A DNA stretch of 64,000 nt. Source: an uncultured Oscillospiraceae bacterium. Lineage in GTDB: Bacteria > Bacillota > Clostridia > Oscillospirales > Oscillospiraceae. The notes under the pieces were generated by a model. The model had not been told where the DNA came from, did no database searches, and saw nothing but the letters and a program-made list of their open reading frames with translations. The translations under genes were made by a program, and so were the position numbers. Below, piece after piece: positions 10,279 through 20,521 of this stretch; within the stretch, counting starts at the first letter, position 1, and each line of letters starts with the position of its first letter. Where the stretch lies: positions 688 through 64,687 of the forward strand of contig CAZUYE010000002.1 in NCBI GenBank assembly GCA_964624925.1, read 5' to 3'.

Positions 10279-11306
10279 CGTTCTTGATCCAGCAAACCCT
10301 GATCTATGCGGTGCCTCTGATGATCGTGGCGCTGGCCGGTGTGTTCGCTGAGCGCAGCGGTATCGTCAACCTGGCTCTGGAAGGTATCATGATCTTCGGC
10401 GCCTTCATCGGCGTTATGTTCGTCCATGTGATCCAGGGCTCCGAGGCCGTGCTGGCCGCCAAGCAGGCCGGCAACTGGGTCGCCCTGCAGGGTATTGAGC
10501 TGCTGGCCATGCTGGTAGCGGCTATCTTCGGCGCGATCTTCTCCCTGCTGCTGAGCTTTGCCTCCATCAACCTGCGGGCAGACCAGACCATCGGCGGCAC
10601 GGCCCTGAACCTGATGGCCCCGGCCCTGGTTCTGTTCCTGATCCGCATCATCGTCAACCAGAACACCCTGCAGATGGCCACCGGCGATGCCGCCAGCTGG
10701 TTCATGCTGAAAAAATCCACCTTCGGCGTGGACAAGAGTGTGGACTGGGGCTTCTTCGGGGAGACCTTCGGCAACAAGATCTACCTGGCCACCTATGTCT
10801 GCATCCTGCTGTTCATCATCCTCTCCATCATTTTGTACAAGACCCGCTTCGGTCTGCGTCTGCGCTCCTGCGGTGAGAATCCCCAGGCCGCCGACTCTCT
10901 GGGCATCAACGTGTACAAAATGCGCTACATCGGCACCACCATCTCCGGTGCCCTGGCCGGTATGGGCGGCTTCGTCTATGCCCTGACCACCGCCAACTGC
11001 TCTGCCAACGGCGACGTGGCCGGCTTCGGCTTCCTGGCCCTGGCCGTTATGATCTTCGGTAACTGGAAGCCCCTGAACATCGCCTGGTCCTCCCTGCTGT
11101 TCGGCCTGTTCAAGTGCGTTGCCGCCGCCTACTCCAGCATCGACATCAACGGCGACGGTGTGTTCCTCCTGGCCGAGATCGGCATCAGCTCCCACCTGTA
11201 TCGTATGCTGCCCTACCTCATCACCCTGCTGGTGCTGGCCTTCACCTCCAAGAAGTCCCGCGCCCCCAAGGCCGAGGGTATCCCCTACGACAAGGGTCAG
11301 CGCTGA
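10275..11306 (+). CDS. Nucleoside ABC permease, NupC-like
   Basis: ERSGIVNLALEG, GLRLRSCGENPQAADSLG, GFLALAVMIFGNWKP. Confidence 0.9.
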   Translation: MTFLIQQTLIYAVPLMIVALAGVFAERSGIVNLALEGIMIFGAFIGVMFVHVIQGSEAVLAAKQAGNWVALQGIELLAMLVAAIFGAIFSLLLSFASINLRADQTIGGTALNLMAPALVLFLIRIIVNQNTLQMATGDAASWFMLKKSTFGVDKSVDWGFFGETFGNKIYLATYVCILLFIILSIILYKTRFGLRLRSCGENPQAADSLGINVYKMRYIGTTISGALAGMGGFVYALTTANCSANGDVAGFGFLALAVMIFGNWKPLNIAWSSLLFGLFKCVAAAYSSIDINGDGVFLLAEIGISSHLYRMLPYLITLLVLAFTSKKSRAPKAEGIPYDKGQR

Positions 11307-11326
11307 GTTTCCCATATTTAAGCAAC

Positions 11327-11357
11327 AGCCCGGCGGTGCCATACACCGCCGGGCTGA
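11327..11357 (+). terminator. Hairpin after ABC operon
   Basis: CAGCCCGGCGGTG-CCATA-CACCGCCGGGCTG; weak U tail. Confidence 0.55.
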
Positions 11358-11442
11358 ATCCTTGCAAGGCAATGTCGGTTCATTGACAGACCAGTCGAAA
11401 CGTGATATAAAGGAACTATCAAAAATGAAGGAGAGCGAACCT

Positions 11443-12153
11443 ATGCGCATTTTCAAACGGGGGCTGGCGCTGCTGCTGGCCCTGCTGATGAGCCTGTCCA
11501 TGCTGGCCGGCTGCAGCAAGCTGGAGAGCAAGCTCTGGGAGACCGCCGCGCCGCTCCTGGTGCAGGGCAACATGGAGCTGCTGTATCTGGGCACCTGCAG
11601 CGACGAGTACCTGTCCCTGGTGAAGAGCACTATGGAGGACGCTCAGCCCTACTACACGGAAAACATCGAGATGCAGGCTGGGGCCTTGATGTACGTCTTT
11701 GAGGTGTACGACGACGGCCAGCAGACGGATCGATTTGTTGAGATCCTCAAGCAGGTCTGCGCTCAGGTGCGCTTCACCGTGGGCCAGGCCACGCAGGTGG
11801 ACGACACCCACTTCCTGGTGGATGTCACCGTGGAGCCCTTGGACTTCATTCAGCAGGTCTATGAAAACCTGGACATCGGCCTGGCCGACTTTTACCAGAG
11901 CTATGGCGGGCTGACGGAGGAGGACTTCAACGCCATGAGCGACAGCGAGTATCTGGACTATGAGGCCGCCTGGGCCGACGGGATCTATGAATGCTGCCTT
12001 CTGGCTCTGGAGGAGCTGCGCTATCTGGAGCCCACCAACATTCAAATGGCCGTCAGCAAAACCGACACGGAGGAGGGCCGCTGGGCCATTGACGACGACT
12101 CCATCATGGAGTTCGACACCGCCGTGCTGTATTTCCCCGAAGCCTTTGAATAA
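11443..12153 (+). CDS. Acidic lipoprotein of unknown function
   Basis: Signal MRIFKRGLALLLALLMSLSMLAG-C; RBS AAGGAG; own promoter TTGACA(11383)-17bp-TATAAA. Confidence 0.8.
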   Translation: MRIFKRGLALLLALLMSLSMLAGCSKLESKLWETAAPLLVQGNMELLYLGTCSDEYLSLVKSTMEDAQPYYTENIEMQAGALMYVFEVYDDGQQTDRFVEILKQVCAQVRFTVGQATQVDDTHFLVDVTVEPLDFIQQVYENLDIGLADFYQSYGGLTEEDFNAMSDSEYLDYEAAWADGIYECCLLALEELRYLEPTNIQMAVSKTDTEEGRWAIDDDSIMEFDTAVLYFPEAFE

Positions 12154-12169
12154 GTGACTTTCAGACATG

Positions 12170-12204
12170 AAAAGCGCCGCGCAGAAACCCCGCGCGGCGC
12201 TTTT
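12170..12204. terminator. Bidirectional terminator between convergent genes
   Basis: AAAAGCGCCGCGC-loop-GCGCGGCGCTTTT. Confidence 0.8.
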
Positions 12205-12210
12205 GTGTAC

Positions 12211-12678
12211 TTATCCGCGAGAGCACTTTTCCGCATCGATGGCCAGTACCACCATCAGCGCGTACAGCGCGTCGTCGGGCTCGTTTACATCAATGGTATA
12301 GGTGTCCGTCCAGTGCAGCAGCTCCTTGCTGATGGAGGCCACCTGGCGGCCTTGATCGGAGATGGTATAGTCCCACTCCAAAAAGCTGCCGTCCACCGTC
12401 CAGCCGCAGAAATCCAGCGCAAAGGACGGGTGAAACAGGGTGAACTCCTTGCAGATGGTGCCCACACACTCCTCCCCCACATACAAATCGAACTTGGGCA
12501 GGAAGGTCAGCACCCGCTCCTTCAGCGTGGCAATGTGCCGGCCGCTGGCGTCCAGAATATGCAGGCAGTGTCCCCAGGAGAGCTTCCCCTCCACGCTGTA
12601 GGCCACGCTGCCGTCCTCATAGTAGATATCATAGCTGTCGAACCAGGAAAAGAATCGCTGCTTGAAATAGAGCTTCAT
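12211..12678 (-). CDS. LURP-one/scramblase (Tubby C-terminal-like) protein
   Basis: MKLYFKQRFFSWFDSYDI, WTVDGSFLEWDYTI, WTDTYTIDV, VLAIDA. Confidence 0.85.
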   Translation of the reverse strand: MKLYFKQRFFSWFDSYDIYYEDGSVAYSVEGKLSWGHCLHILDASGRHIATLKERVLTFLPKFDLYVGEECVGTICKEFTLFHPSFALDFCGWTVDGSFLEWDYTISDQGRQVASISKELLHWTDTYTIDVNEPDDALYALMVVLAIDAEKCSRG

Positions 12679-12748
12679 GTCAGAGCACCTCCCTTTCTTT
12701 CAGTATAGCGGAAAAACACCGCGTTGACAAGAGGATTTCAAATTTCTC

Positions 12749-12777
12749 TTTACAGGGTCGAAAATATGTTCTATAAT
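12749..12777 (+). promoter_or_regulatory. sigma-A promoter with LexA (Cheo)-like box in its spacer
   Basis: TTTACA-17bp-TATAAT; CGAAA-ATAT-GTTCT at 12759-12772. Confidence 0.6.
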
Positions 12778-12808
12778 GGGAACATCCATGGTGCAAGGAG
12801 GTGTTCTC

Positions 12809-13324
12809 ATGCGGGCCAGACCTATCAGCTGCTGCTTTTCCGGACATCGACCAGAAAAGCTCCCCTGGGGCGAAAATGAATCCGACCCACGCTGCGTGGC
12901 GCTGAAGCGCCGCATATGGGAGCTGTTGGAGCATCTGTATCAGCGGGGCTATCGGCATTTCATCTGCGGCATGGCACGGGGCTGCGACCTGTATTTCTGC
13001 CAGCTGGCGCTGCAGCTGCGGGAGCAGTACAGCGACGTGAGCGTGGAGGCGGCCATCCCCTGTCCCGTCCAGGCAGACAGCTGGCCGCCGGAGGAGCAGG
13101 AGCGGTATCGCCGCTTGCTCAAGGCCTGTGACTATGAGACTCTGGTGCAGGAGCACTACAGCCCCGGCTGTATGCAGCGGCGCAACCGCTATATGGTGGA
13201 TCACGCCGCGCTGCTGCTGGCCGTACACGACGGGCAGCCCGGCGGTACACAGTCCACCATCGCCTATGCCCTGCGGCGGGGGCTGGAGGTCATCGACCTG
13301 CCGCCGGTCGTTTCTGCGGAATAA
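12809..13324 (+). CDS. SLOG family YpsA/DUF1273 protein
   Basis: CCFSGHRPEKL, FICGMARGCD, QRRNRYMVD, GGT..TIAYA. Confidence 0.88.
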   Translation: MRARPISCCFSGHRPEKLPWGENESDPRCVALKRRIWELLEHLYQRGYRHFICGMARGCDLYFCQLALQLREQYSDVSVEAAIPCPVQADSWPPEEQERYRRLLKACDYETLVQEHYSPGCMQRRNRYMVDHAALLLAVHDGQPGGTQSTIAYALRRGLEVIDLPPVVSAE

Positions 13325-13348
13325 TGGGATATACTTGAGACGGTCAAG

Positions 13349-13388
13349 AGTACAGCCCGGCTGCGATGCAGCCGGGCTGTACTTTATT
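13349..13388. terminator. Bidirectional terminator
   Basis: AGTACAGCCCGGCTGC-GAT-GCAGCCGGGCTGTACT between convergent genes. Confidence 0.8.
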
Positions 13389-13419
13389 TGGAGATCATGC
13401 GGGGATGTCGGGGTACGGC

Positions 13420-16400
13420 TCAGTTGTCGTACATCTCGATGAGCTTGAGCAGGTGCTCATAGCGGGCCTTGGCCTCGGCCTCGTTGCGGGAGAACAGCTC
13501 CTCGGCGCGGTCGGGGAACTCGCGGGTCAGGCGGCTGTAGCGGGCCTCGTTCATCAGGAACTCATGATAGCCACCGGCGGGAGCCTTGGAATCCAGGGTG
13601 AACTTCTTCTCCGCAGCGGGGTTAAAGCGGAACAGGTTCCAATAGCCGCACTCCACGGCCTTCTTCATTTCCTTCTGGCAGTTCATCATGCCGCCCTTGA
13701 TGGAGTGCATCTCGCAGGGGCTGTAACCGATGATCAGGGACGGGCCGTGATAGGCCTCGGCCTCGGTGATGGCCTTGATGGTCTGGGCGGGGTTGGCACC
13801 CATGGCCACCTGTGCCACGTAGACATAGCCGTACTGCATGGCGATCTCCGCCAGACTCTTCTTCTTGACTTCCTTACCGGCTGCTGCGAACTGGCACACC
13901 TGGCCGATGTTGGACGCCTTGGATGCCTGTCCGCCGGTGTTGGAGTACACCTCGGTGTCGAAGACGAAGATGTTGACATTCTGCTTGCTGGCGATGACGT
14001 GATCCAGTCCGCCGTAGCCAATGTCGTAGGCCCAGCCGTCGCCGCCGAAGATCCACATGGACTTCTTGGCCAGATACTCCTTCTTGCTGAGGATATCCAG
14101 GGCAGCGGTGCAGGCGGGGCAGCCGCAGAACTGTGCGCCGGCGGCCTTCTTGGCCTTCTCGGCGGCGACCATCTCGGCCTGCTTGTCACCGAACATCTCG
14201 CGGGCCATGTCGCTCTCCATGAAGGCAATGGCCTCGTCGATGGTGGCCACGCCCTGCTCCAGAGCGGCAACGTATGCCTTGGCGGCCTCGCCGTTGGCGG
14301 CGGAGTCGTTCATGGTGTCCAGCCACTTCTGGCCGGCCTCGCGGATGGCGTCGGTGCAGTGACCGGCCAGCAACTGACGGGTGGCGGTGGCCAGATCCTC
14401 GCGGATCTTGTCCTGGCCCACGAACATACCCAGGCCGTGCTCGGCGTTATCCTCAAACAGGGAGTTGCACCATGCGGGGCCGTGGCCCTCCTTGTTGGTG
14501 CAGTAGGGAGAGGTAGCCGCGGGGCCGCCCCAGATAGAGGAGCAGCCGGTGGCGTTGGAGATATACATATGGTCACCGAACAGCTGGGTCACCAGACGGG
14601 CATAGCTGGTCTCAGCGCAGCCAGCGCAGGAGCCGGAGAACTCCAGCATGGGCTGCTTGAACTGACTGCCCTTGACGGTGTTGTCCTGCATATCCTTCTT
14701 CTCCGCGACCTTGGCCACGCAGTAGTCGAACACTTCCTGCTGGGGCAGCTCGCTCTCCTGGGCGACCATGGTCAGGGCGTTGACGGGGCAGGCGCCGATG
14801 CAGACACCGCAGCCCATGCAGTCCAGGGGGCTGATGGCCATGGTGAACTGATAGGTACCCTTGCCCTTGCCGGCCTTGACGTCCACGATCTTGGCAGCCT
14901 CAGGCGCAGCAGCAGCCTCCCCGGCGGTCAGAGCGAAGGGACGGATGGTGGCGTGGGGGCAGACATAGGCGCACTGGTTGCACTGGATGCACTTCTCGGC
15001 ATCCCACGTGGGGACGGAGACGGCAACGCCGCGCTTCTCGTAAGCGGCAGCGCCCAGCTCGAACTGGCCGTCCACGTGATCGACGAAGGCGGAGACGGGC
15101 AGGCTGTCGCCGTCCATCTTGCCCACGGGCTCCAGAATGGTCTTGACCATCTTCACCAGCTCGGGCTTGCCCTCCAGAACGCGGGTGTCCTCCTCGTCCA
15201 CGGCGTCGGCCCACTCGGCGGGAACGTCGATCTTCTTGTAGGCGGTGGCGCCCAGGTCGATGGCCCGGAAGTTCATCTCCACGATGTCGCGGCCCTTCTT
15301 CAGGTAGGAGGCCTCGGCCTTCTCCTTCATATAGCGGATGGCCTCCTCCTCGGGCATGACCTTGGCCAGGGAGAAGAACGCGGACTGGAGGATGGTGTTG
15401 TTGCGCTTGCCCATACCGATCTCGATGGCCAGGTCAATGGCGTTGATGGTATACAGCTGGATGTTGTTGCGGGCGATATAGCGCTTGGCATCGGCGTGCA
15501 GGTGGTGGCTCAGCTCCTCGAAGTCCCACTGGCAGTTGATCATGAACACGCCGCCGGGCTTGACGTCGTTGACCATCTTGAAGCCCTTGGTGATATAGCT
15601 GGGGTTGTGGCAGGCCACGAAGTCGGCCTTGTTGATATAATAGGGGGAGCGGATGGGGTGATCACCGAAGCGCAGGTGGCTGATGGTCACGCCGCCGGTC
15701 TTCTTGGAGTCATACTGGAAGTAGGCCTGGATATACTTGTCGGTATGGTCGCCGATGATCTTGATGGAGTTCTTGTTGGCGCCGACGGTGCCGTCGCCGC
15801 CCAGACCCCAGAACTTGCACTCGATGGTGCCGGCAGCTGCGGTGTTGGGGGAGACCTTCTCTTCCAGAGACAGGTTGGTGACATCGTCCACGATACCAAT
15901 GGTGAACTCTTCCTTGGGCTCGTCCTTAGCCAGCTCTTCGTAAACTGCGAAGAAGGAGGAAGGAGTGGTGTCCTTGGAACCCAGGCCGTAACGGCCGCCG
16001 ATGACCTTGATATCAGCCTTGCCGGCCTTGGCCAGAGCCATGACCACATCCTGATACAGAGGCTCGCCCTGGGAGCCGGGCTCCTTGGTGCGGTCCAGAA
16101 CAGCGATCTTCTTAACGGTCTCGGGGATAGCAGCCAGCAGGTGCTTGGAAGACCAGGGACGGAACAGGCGAACCTTGACCAGGCCGACCTTCTCGCCGTG
16201 AGCGTTCATGTAGTCGATGACTTCTTCGATGACGTCATTGACGGAACCCATGGCGACGATGATGCGGTCAGCATCGGGAGCGCCATAGTAGTTGAACAGC
16301 TGATAGTTGGTGCCCAGCTTCTCGTTGACCTTGCCCATGTACTTCTCGACCACGGCGGGCAGAGCGTTGTAGTACTTGTTGGAAGCCTCACGATGCTGGA

Positions 16401-17076
16401 AGAAAATGTCGTCGTTCTCGTGGGAACCACGCATTGCGGGGCGCTCGGGGTTCAGGGAGTGCTTGCGGAAAGCTTCCACAGCGTCCATGTCCACCATTTC
16501 CTTCAGATCCTCGTAGTCCCAGATAGCGATCTTCTGGATCTCGTGGGAGGTACGGAAACCGTCGAAGAAGTTGATGAAGGGAACGCGGCCCTCGATGGCA
16601 GCCAGGTGGGCAACAGCGCCCAGGTCCATGACTTCCTGCACGTTGGTCTCGGCCAGCATAGCGAAGCCGGTCTGACGGCAGGCGTAGACGTCGGAGTGGT
16701 CACCGAAGATGTTCAGGGACTGAGCGGCCACGGTACGGGCGGAGACGTGGAACACGCAGGGCAGCAGCTCGCCGGCGATCTTGTACATATTGGGGATCAT
16801 CAGCAGCAGACCCTGGGAAGCGGTGTAGGTGGTGGTCAGGGCACCGGCGCCCAGACTGCCGTGCACCGCGCCGGCAGCGCCGGCCTCGGACTGCATCTCC
16901 ACCACCTTGACCTGGGTGCCGAAGATGTTCTTCAGGCCGTTGGCAGACCACTGGTCCACAAAGTCGGCCATGGGGGACGACGGGGTGATGGGATAGATGG
17001 CGGCAACCTCAGAAAACGCATAGGATACATGCGCCGCGGCGTTGTTGCCATCCATGGACTTCATTTTTCTTACCAT
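13420..17076 (-). CDS. nifJ: Pyruvate:ferredoxin (flavodoxin) oxidoreductase
   Basis: YPITPSS, two CxxCxxCxxxCP ferredoxin motifs, EFSGSCAGC, GGDGWAYDIG, DTEVYSNTGGQ. Confidence 0.97.
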   Translation of the reverse strand: MVRKMKSMDGNNAAAHVSYAFSEVAAIYPITPSSPMADFVDQWSANGLKNIFGTQVKVVEMQSEAGAAGAVHGSLGAGALTTTYTASQGLLLMIPNMYKIAGELLPCVFHVSARTVAAQSLNIFGDHSDVYACRQTGFAMLAETNVQEVMDLGAVAHLAAIEGRVPFINFFDGFRTSHEIQKIAIWDYEDLKEMVDMDAVEAFRKHSLNPERPAMRGSHENDDIFFQHREASNKYYNALPAVVEKYMGKVNEKLGTNYQLFNYYGAPDADRIIVAMGSVNDVIEEVIDYMNAHGEKVGLVKVRLFRPWSSKHLLAAIPETVKKIAVLDRTKEPGSQGEPLYQDVVMALAKAGKADIKVIGGRYGLGSKDTTPSSFFAVYEELAKDEPKEEFTIGIVDDVTNLSLEEKVSPNTAAAGTIECKFWGLGGDGTVGANKNSIKIIGDHTDKYIQAYFQYDSKKTGGVTISHLRFGDHPIRSPYYINKADFVACHNPSYITKGFKMVNDVKPGGVFMINCQWDFEELSHHLHADAKRYIARNNIQLYTINAIDLAIEIGMGKRNNTILQSAFFSLAKVMPEEEAIRYMKEKAEASYLKKGRDIVEMNFRAIDLGATAYKKIDVPAEWADAVDEEDTRVLEGKPELVKMVKTILEPVGKMDGDSLPVSAFVDHVDGQFELGAAAYEKRGVAVSVPTWDAEKCIQCNQCAYVCPHATIRPFALTAGEAAAAPEAAKIVDVKAGKGKGTYQFTMAISPLDCMGCGVCIGACPVNALTMVAQESELPQQEVFDYCVAKVAEKKDMQDNTVKGSQFKQPMLEFSGSCAGCAETSYARLVTQLFGDHMYISNATGCSSIWGGPAATSPYCTNKEGHGPAWCNSLFEDNAEHGLGMFVGQDKIREDLATATRQLLAGHCTDAIREAGQKWLDTMNDSAANGEAAKAYVAALEQGVATIDEAIAFMESDMAREMFGDKQAEMVAAEKAKKAAGAQFCGCPACTAALDILSKKEYLAKKSMWIFGGDGWAYDIGYGGLDHVIASKQNVNIFVFDTEVYSNTGGQASKASNIGQVCQFAAAGKEVKKKSLAEIAMQYGYVYVAQVAMGANPAQTIKAITEAEAYHGPSLIIGYSPCEMHSIKGGMMNCQKEMKKAVECGYWNLFRFNPAAEKKFTLDSKAPAGGYHEFLMNEARYSRLTREFPDRAEELFSRNEAEAKARYEHLLKLIEMYDN

Positions 17077-17137
17077 AAATGAACCTCCTCATTATAAGCA
17101 TTTCGCCTCGGTATTGGCGAAACTCCATACATTGTAT

Positions 17138-17166
17138 ATTTTAACACCATCCTCCCTGTTTGTAAA
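17138..17166 (-). promoter_or_regulatory. Probable nifJ promoter
   Basis: TTTACA-17bp-TAAAAT on minus strand. Confidence 0.55.
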
Positions 17167-17316
17167 CGGCAAATTCCACCTTTTTCACAATATAAAACTT
17201 TTTCTTCATCGTGCACAAAAATTCTCACAATTTACAAATTCTTTTTTCGGAAATGTATTTCCCGGCGGCGGACTTTGTGATAAAATAGGGGGAAGAACGC
17301 CCTTTGCAGAGAGGAT

Positions 17317-18840
17317 GTGAGTGCGATGGTGGTAACGGTGCGGTCCTTGGGCCTGTCCGGGATCAGTGGCTATGAGGTATCCGTAGAGTGCTTTTTGTCC
17401 GGTGGCCTTCCGGCCTTCGACGTGGTGGGTCTGCCGGATGCCGCCGTGCGGGAGGCGCGGGAGCGTGTGCGGGCCGCCATCAAGGGCTGCGGGGCCAAGT
17501 TCCCCGTCAGCCGCATTACCGTGAACCTAGCCCCGGCCGGGCAGCGGAAGGAGGGCACGGTGTACGACCTGCCCATCTTGCTGGGCATCCTCTGCGCCTC
17601 GGAGGAGCTCAAGGCCCTGCCCCCGGATGCCGCCTTCATCGGTGAGCTGAGCCTCACCGGCGCGCTGCGGCCCATCTCCGGCGTGCTGCCCATGGCCCTG
17701 CACGCCGCCCGGCTGGGGGTGCGGGAGCTGTACGTCCCCGCCCGGAACGCCGCCGAGGCCACGCTGGCCCGGGGGCTGACGGTGTACCCGGTGGAGAACG
17801 TGGCCCAACTGCTGAATCACCTGACCGGCGGCGAGAGCATCCAGCCCGCCCAGCCCTGGACGCCCCAGGCTCCGGCCCGGCCCCTGCCGGACTTTGCCGA
17901 CGTTATGGGGCAGGAGAACGTGAAGCGGGCCCTGGAGGTGGCCGCCGCCGGTGGCCACAATGTGCTGCTGATGGGCTCGCCGGGCAGTGGCAAGTCCATG
18001 CTGGCCCGACGCCTGCCCTCCATCCTGCCGGACATGAGCCGGGAGGAGTCGCTGCAGACCACGGAGATCTACTCCGTGGCGGGTATGACCGATCCCACCC
18101 ATCCCCTGGTGACCCAGCGGCCCTTCCGCAGTCCCCACCACACTGCCTCGCCGGTGTCCCTGTCCGGCGGCGGCACGGTGCCCCGGCCCGGGGAGATCTC
18201 CCTGGCCCACAACGGCATTTTGTTCCTGGACGAGCTGCCGGAATTCGACAAGACCGCTCTGGAGACCCTGCGCCAGCCCCTGGAGGACGGCGTGGTTACC
18301 ATCACGCGGGTGTCCGGCTCCCTGACCCTGCCCAGCCGCTTCATGCTGGTGTGCGCCATGAATCCCTGCCGCTGCGGCTGGTACGGCCACCCCTCCGGCC
18401 GCTGCACCTGCTCAGAGAGCCAGGTGGAGCACTATATGCGCCGCATCTCCGGGCCGCTGCTGGATCGCATCGATATGCACATCGAGGTGCCCTCCGTGGA
18501 GTACGAGGCCATGCGCCGCCGGGAGAGCCCGGAGACCTCCGCCCAGGTGCGCCAGCGGGTCAACGCCGCCCGGGAGATCCAGACACAGCGCTTCGCCGGA
18601 AGCGGCATCAGCTGCAATGCCTACATGACTCCCGCCATGATTGGGCAGTTCTGCCGGCTGGACGAGGCCGGCGAGCGGCTGATGCAGGGCGCTTTTGACC
18701 GGCTGGGCCTGACGGGACGCAGTCACGACCGCATTCTGCGCATGGCCCGCACCATTGCCGACCTGGACGGAAGCGGGGATATCCTTCCCCAGCATCTGGC
18801 CGAGGCCATCCAATACCGCAGCAGCACGCTGCTGAAATAA
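17317..18840 (+). CDS. comM: YifB/ComM Mg-chelatase-like AAA+ ATPase
   Basis: VGLPDAAVRE, GSPGSGKSML, RPFRSPHH, PGEISLAHNGILFLDE, AMNPCRCG. Confidence 0.9.
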   Translation: MSAMVVTVRSLGLSGISGYEVSVECFLSGGLPAFDVVGLPDAAVREARERVRAAIKGCGAKFPVSRITVNLAPAGQRKEGTVYDLPILLGILCASEELKALPPDAAFIGELSLTGALRPISGVLPMALHAARLGVRELYVPARNAAEATLARGLTVYPVENVAQLLNHLTGGESIQPAQPWTPQAPARPLPDFADVMGQENVKRALEVAAAGGHNVLLMGSPGSGKSMLARRLPSILPDMSREESLQTTEIYSVAGMTDPTHPLVTQRPFRSPHHTASPVSLSGGGTVPRPGEISLAHNGILFLDELPEFDKTALETLRQPLEDGVVTITRVSGSLTLPSRFMLVCAMNPCRCGWYGHPSGRCTCSESQVEHYMRRISGPLLDRIDMHIEVPSVEYEAMRRRESPETSAQVRQRVNAAREIQTQRFAGSGISCNAYMTPAMIGQFCRLDEAGERLMQGAFDRLGLTGRSHDRILRMARTIADLDGSGDILPQHLAEAIQYRSSTLLK

Positions 18841-18861
18841 TCACAACAGGAGAACACGACT

Positions 18862-19347
18862 ATGGCTCGTAAAATCACTCTGACACCTGACCGGCTGCCC
18901 GACCAGCTGCGGGAGCTGCAATTTGACCGCCTGGAGGCCACCGTGGACGACAGCGTATCCCCCGCCCGGATCAGCCGCTGCGGCTTCATCCGCGAGGCCT
19001 CCGCCCCGCTGCTGCGTGAGGCACTGCAGGCCGCCCGGGACTTCTGGCCCCAACTGGAGCTGAACCGGAACTTCCAGGCCGGTATCATGTACATGGGCGG
19101 ATGGGACGCCGCCGGCGTTGATATGAAGAGCTGCTATTTCCAGGGGGAGCTGGAGGGCTTCCTCAAGCAGTATGGCAGCCGTCGCCTGACGGACAAGGGC
19201 TTCGCCTGCGCCGCCCTGGAGGGGGCGCTGTACCGGGGCCGCCTGGCCACGCTGGCCATTCTGGAAAAGCGCATCACGCTGCACATCGAACTCTCCCCGG
19301 AGGAGTCGGCGGAGATCTTGGAGAAGGAGACGATACCCCATGCATGA
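18862..19347 (+). CDS. Hypothetical protein
   Basis: RBS AGGAG, native codon usage, overlaps thiI start. Confidence 0.65.
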   Translation: MARKITLTPDRLPDQLRELQFDRLEATVDDSVSPARISRCGFIREASAPLLREALQAARDFWPQLELNRNFQAGIMYMGGWDAAGVDMKSCYFQGELEGFLKQYGSRRLTDKGFACAALEGALYRGRLATLAILEKRITLHIELSPEESAEILEKETIPHA

Positions 19348-20509
19348 GATCATTCTGTGCAAGCTGGGCGAGGTGGTTCTGAAAGGCCTGAATCGCCGCA
19401 GCTTTGAGATGAAGCTGATGTCCAATCTGCGCCGCCGGACGGCCCGCTTCGGCAAGTTCCGCATTTACTCCAAGCAGAGCACCATCTATGTGGAGCCGGT
19501 GGAGGAGGGCTGCGACCTGGCCGGGGCCTATGCCGCCTGCAAGCAGGTCTTCGGCATCATCGCCGTGGCCCGGGCCCTGCCCTGCGCCAAGGAGAAGGAT
19601 GCCATTCTGGACACGGCCAAAACCTATCTGGGTGACGCGCTGCGGGCCGCCCGGAGCTTCAAGGTGGAGAGCAAGCGGGCGGACAAGAGCTTCCCCCTGG
19701 GCTCCATCCAGCTGAGCCAGTGGGTAGGCGGCCAGCTCCACGAGGCCTTCCCCCACCTGAAGGTGGATGTGCATCACCCGGATCTGACGGTGTATGTGGA
19801 GGTGCGGGAGGAGGCGGCCTACGTCCACGCCCCCGCCGAGCCCGCCGCCGGCGGCCTGCCCATCGGCATGGGCGGCCGGGCCCTGAGTCTGCTGTCCGGC
19901 GGCATCGACTCGCCGGTGGCCAGCTACATGATCGCCAAGCGCGGCGTGGAGCTGGAGATGATCCACTTTGCCTCGCCCCCCTACACCAGCGAGGCCGCCC
20001 GGGAGAAGGTGCTGCAGCTGGCCCGAGAGCTGATCCCCTGGTGTGGACGGCTGACGGTGCACATCGTCCCCTTTGCCGAAATCCAGGAGGAGATCCGCCG
20101 GGTCTGCCCGGAGGATCACTTCACCCTCATCATGCGGCGCTTCATGATGCGACTGGCCGACCGGCTGGCCCGTGATTTGGGCTGCCGGGCCCTGGTCACC
20201 GGCGAAAGCCTGGGCCAGGTGGCCAGCCAGACCATGGACGCTCTGGCCGTCAGCGGCGATGTGACCCGACTGCCGGTGCTGCGGCCCGTCATCGGCATGG
20301 ACAAGGAGGAGATCGTCCGAATTGCCCGCCACATCGGCACCTTCGACACCTCCATCCTGCCCTATGAGGACTGCTGCACCGTGTTCACCCCCCGCCATCC
20401 CAAGACCCGTCCCCATGTGGAGGAGGTGCGGGAGATGGAACAGGCTCTGGACGTAGAGGGCCTGGTGCAGCGGGCGCTGGACGGCTGCGAGCGGGTCAAG
20501 CTGCGCTGA
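19340..20509 (+). CDS. thiI: tRNA 4-thiouridine synthase
   Basis: GEVVLKGLNR, THUMP domain, PP-loop LLSGGIDSPVA, GESLGQVASQT, PYEDCC; no rhodanese domain. Confidence 0.95.
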   Translation: MHEIILCKLGEVVLKGLNRRSFEMKLMSNLRRRTARFGKFRIYSKQSTIYVEPVEEGCDLAGAYAACKQVFGIIAVARALPCAKEKDAILDTAKTYLGDALRAARSFKVESKRADKSFPLGSIQLSQWVGGQLHEAFPHLKVDVHHPDLTVYVEVREEAAYVHAPAEPAAGGLPIGMGGRALSLLSGGIDSPVASYMIAKRGVELEMIHFASPPYTSEAAREKVLQLARELIPWCGRLTVHIVPFAEIQEEIRRVCPEDHFTLIMRRFMMRLADRLARDLGCRALVTGESLGQVASQTMDALAVSGDVTRLPVLRPVIGMDKEEIVRIARHIGTFDTSILPYEDCCTVFTPRHPKTRPHVEEVREMEQALDVEGLVQRALDGCERVKLR

Positions 20510-20521
20510 GGAGGGATCACT

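Noticed and set aside
13366-17082. Very long antisense ORFs (1238 aa opposite nifJ; also 22586-25387, 19274-21802, 33996-36380, 35977-39195)
   Set aside because: Shadow ORFs from high-GC3 codon bias opposite clear genes; no RBS or recognisable motifs
17170-17250. Rex operator upstream of nifJ
   Set aside because: Only half-sites (TTCACAA, TGCACAA); no properly spaced TTGTGAA-N4-TTCACAA palindrome
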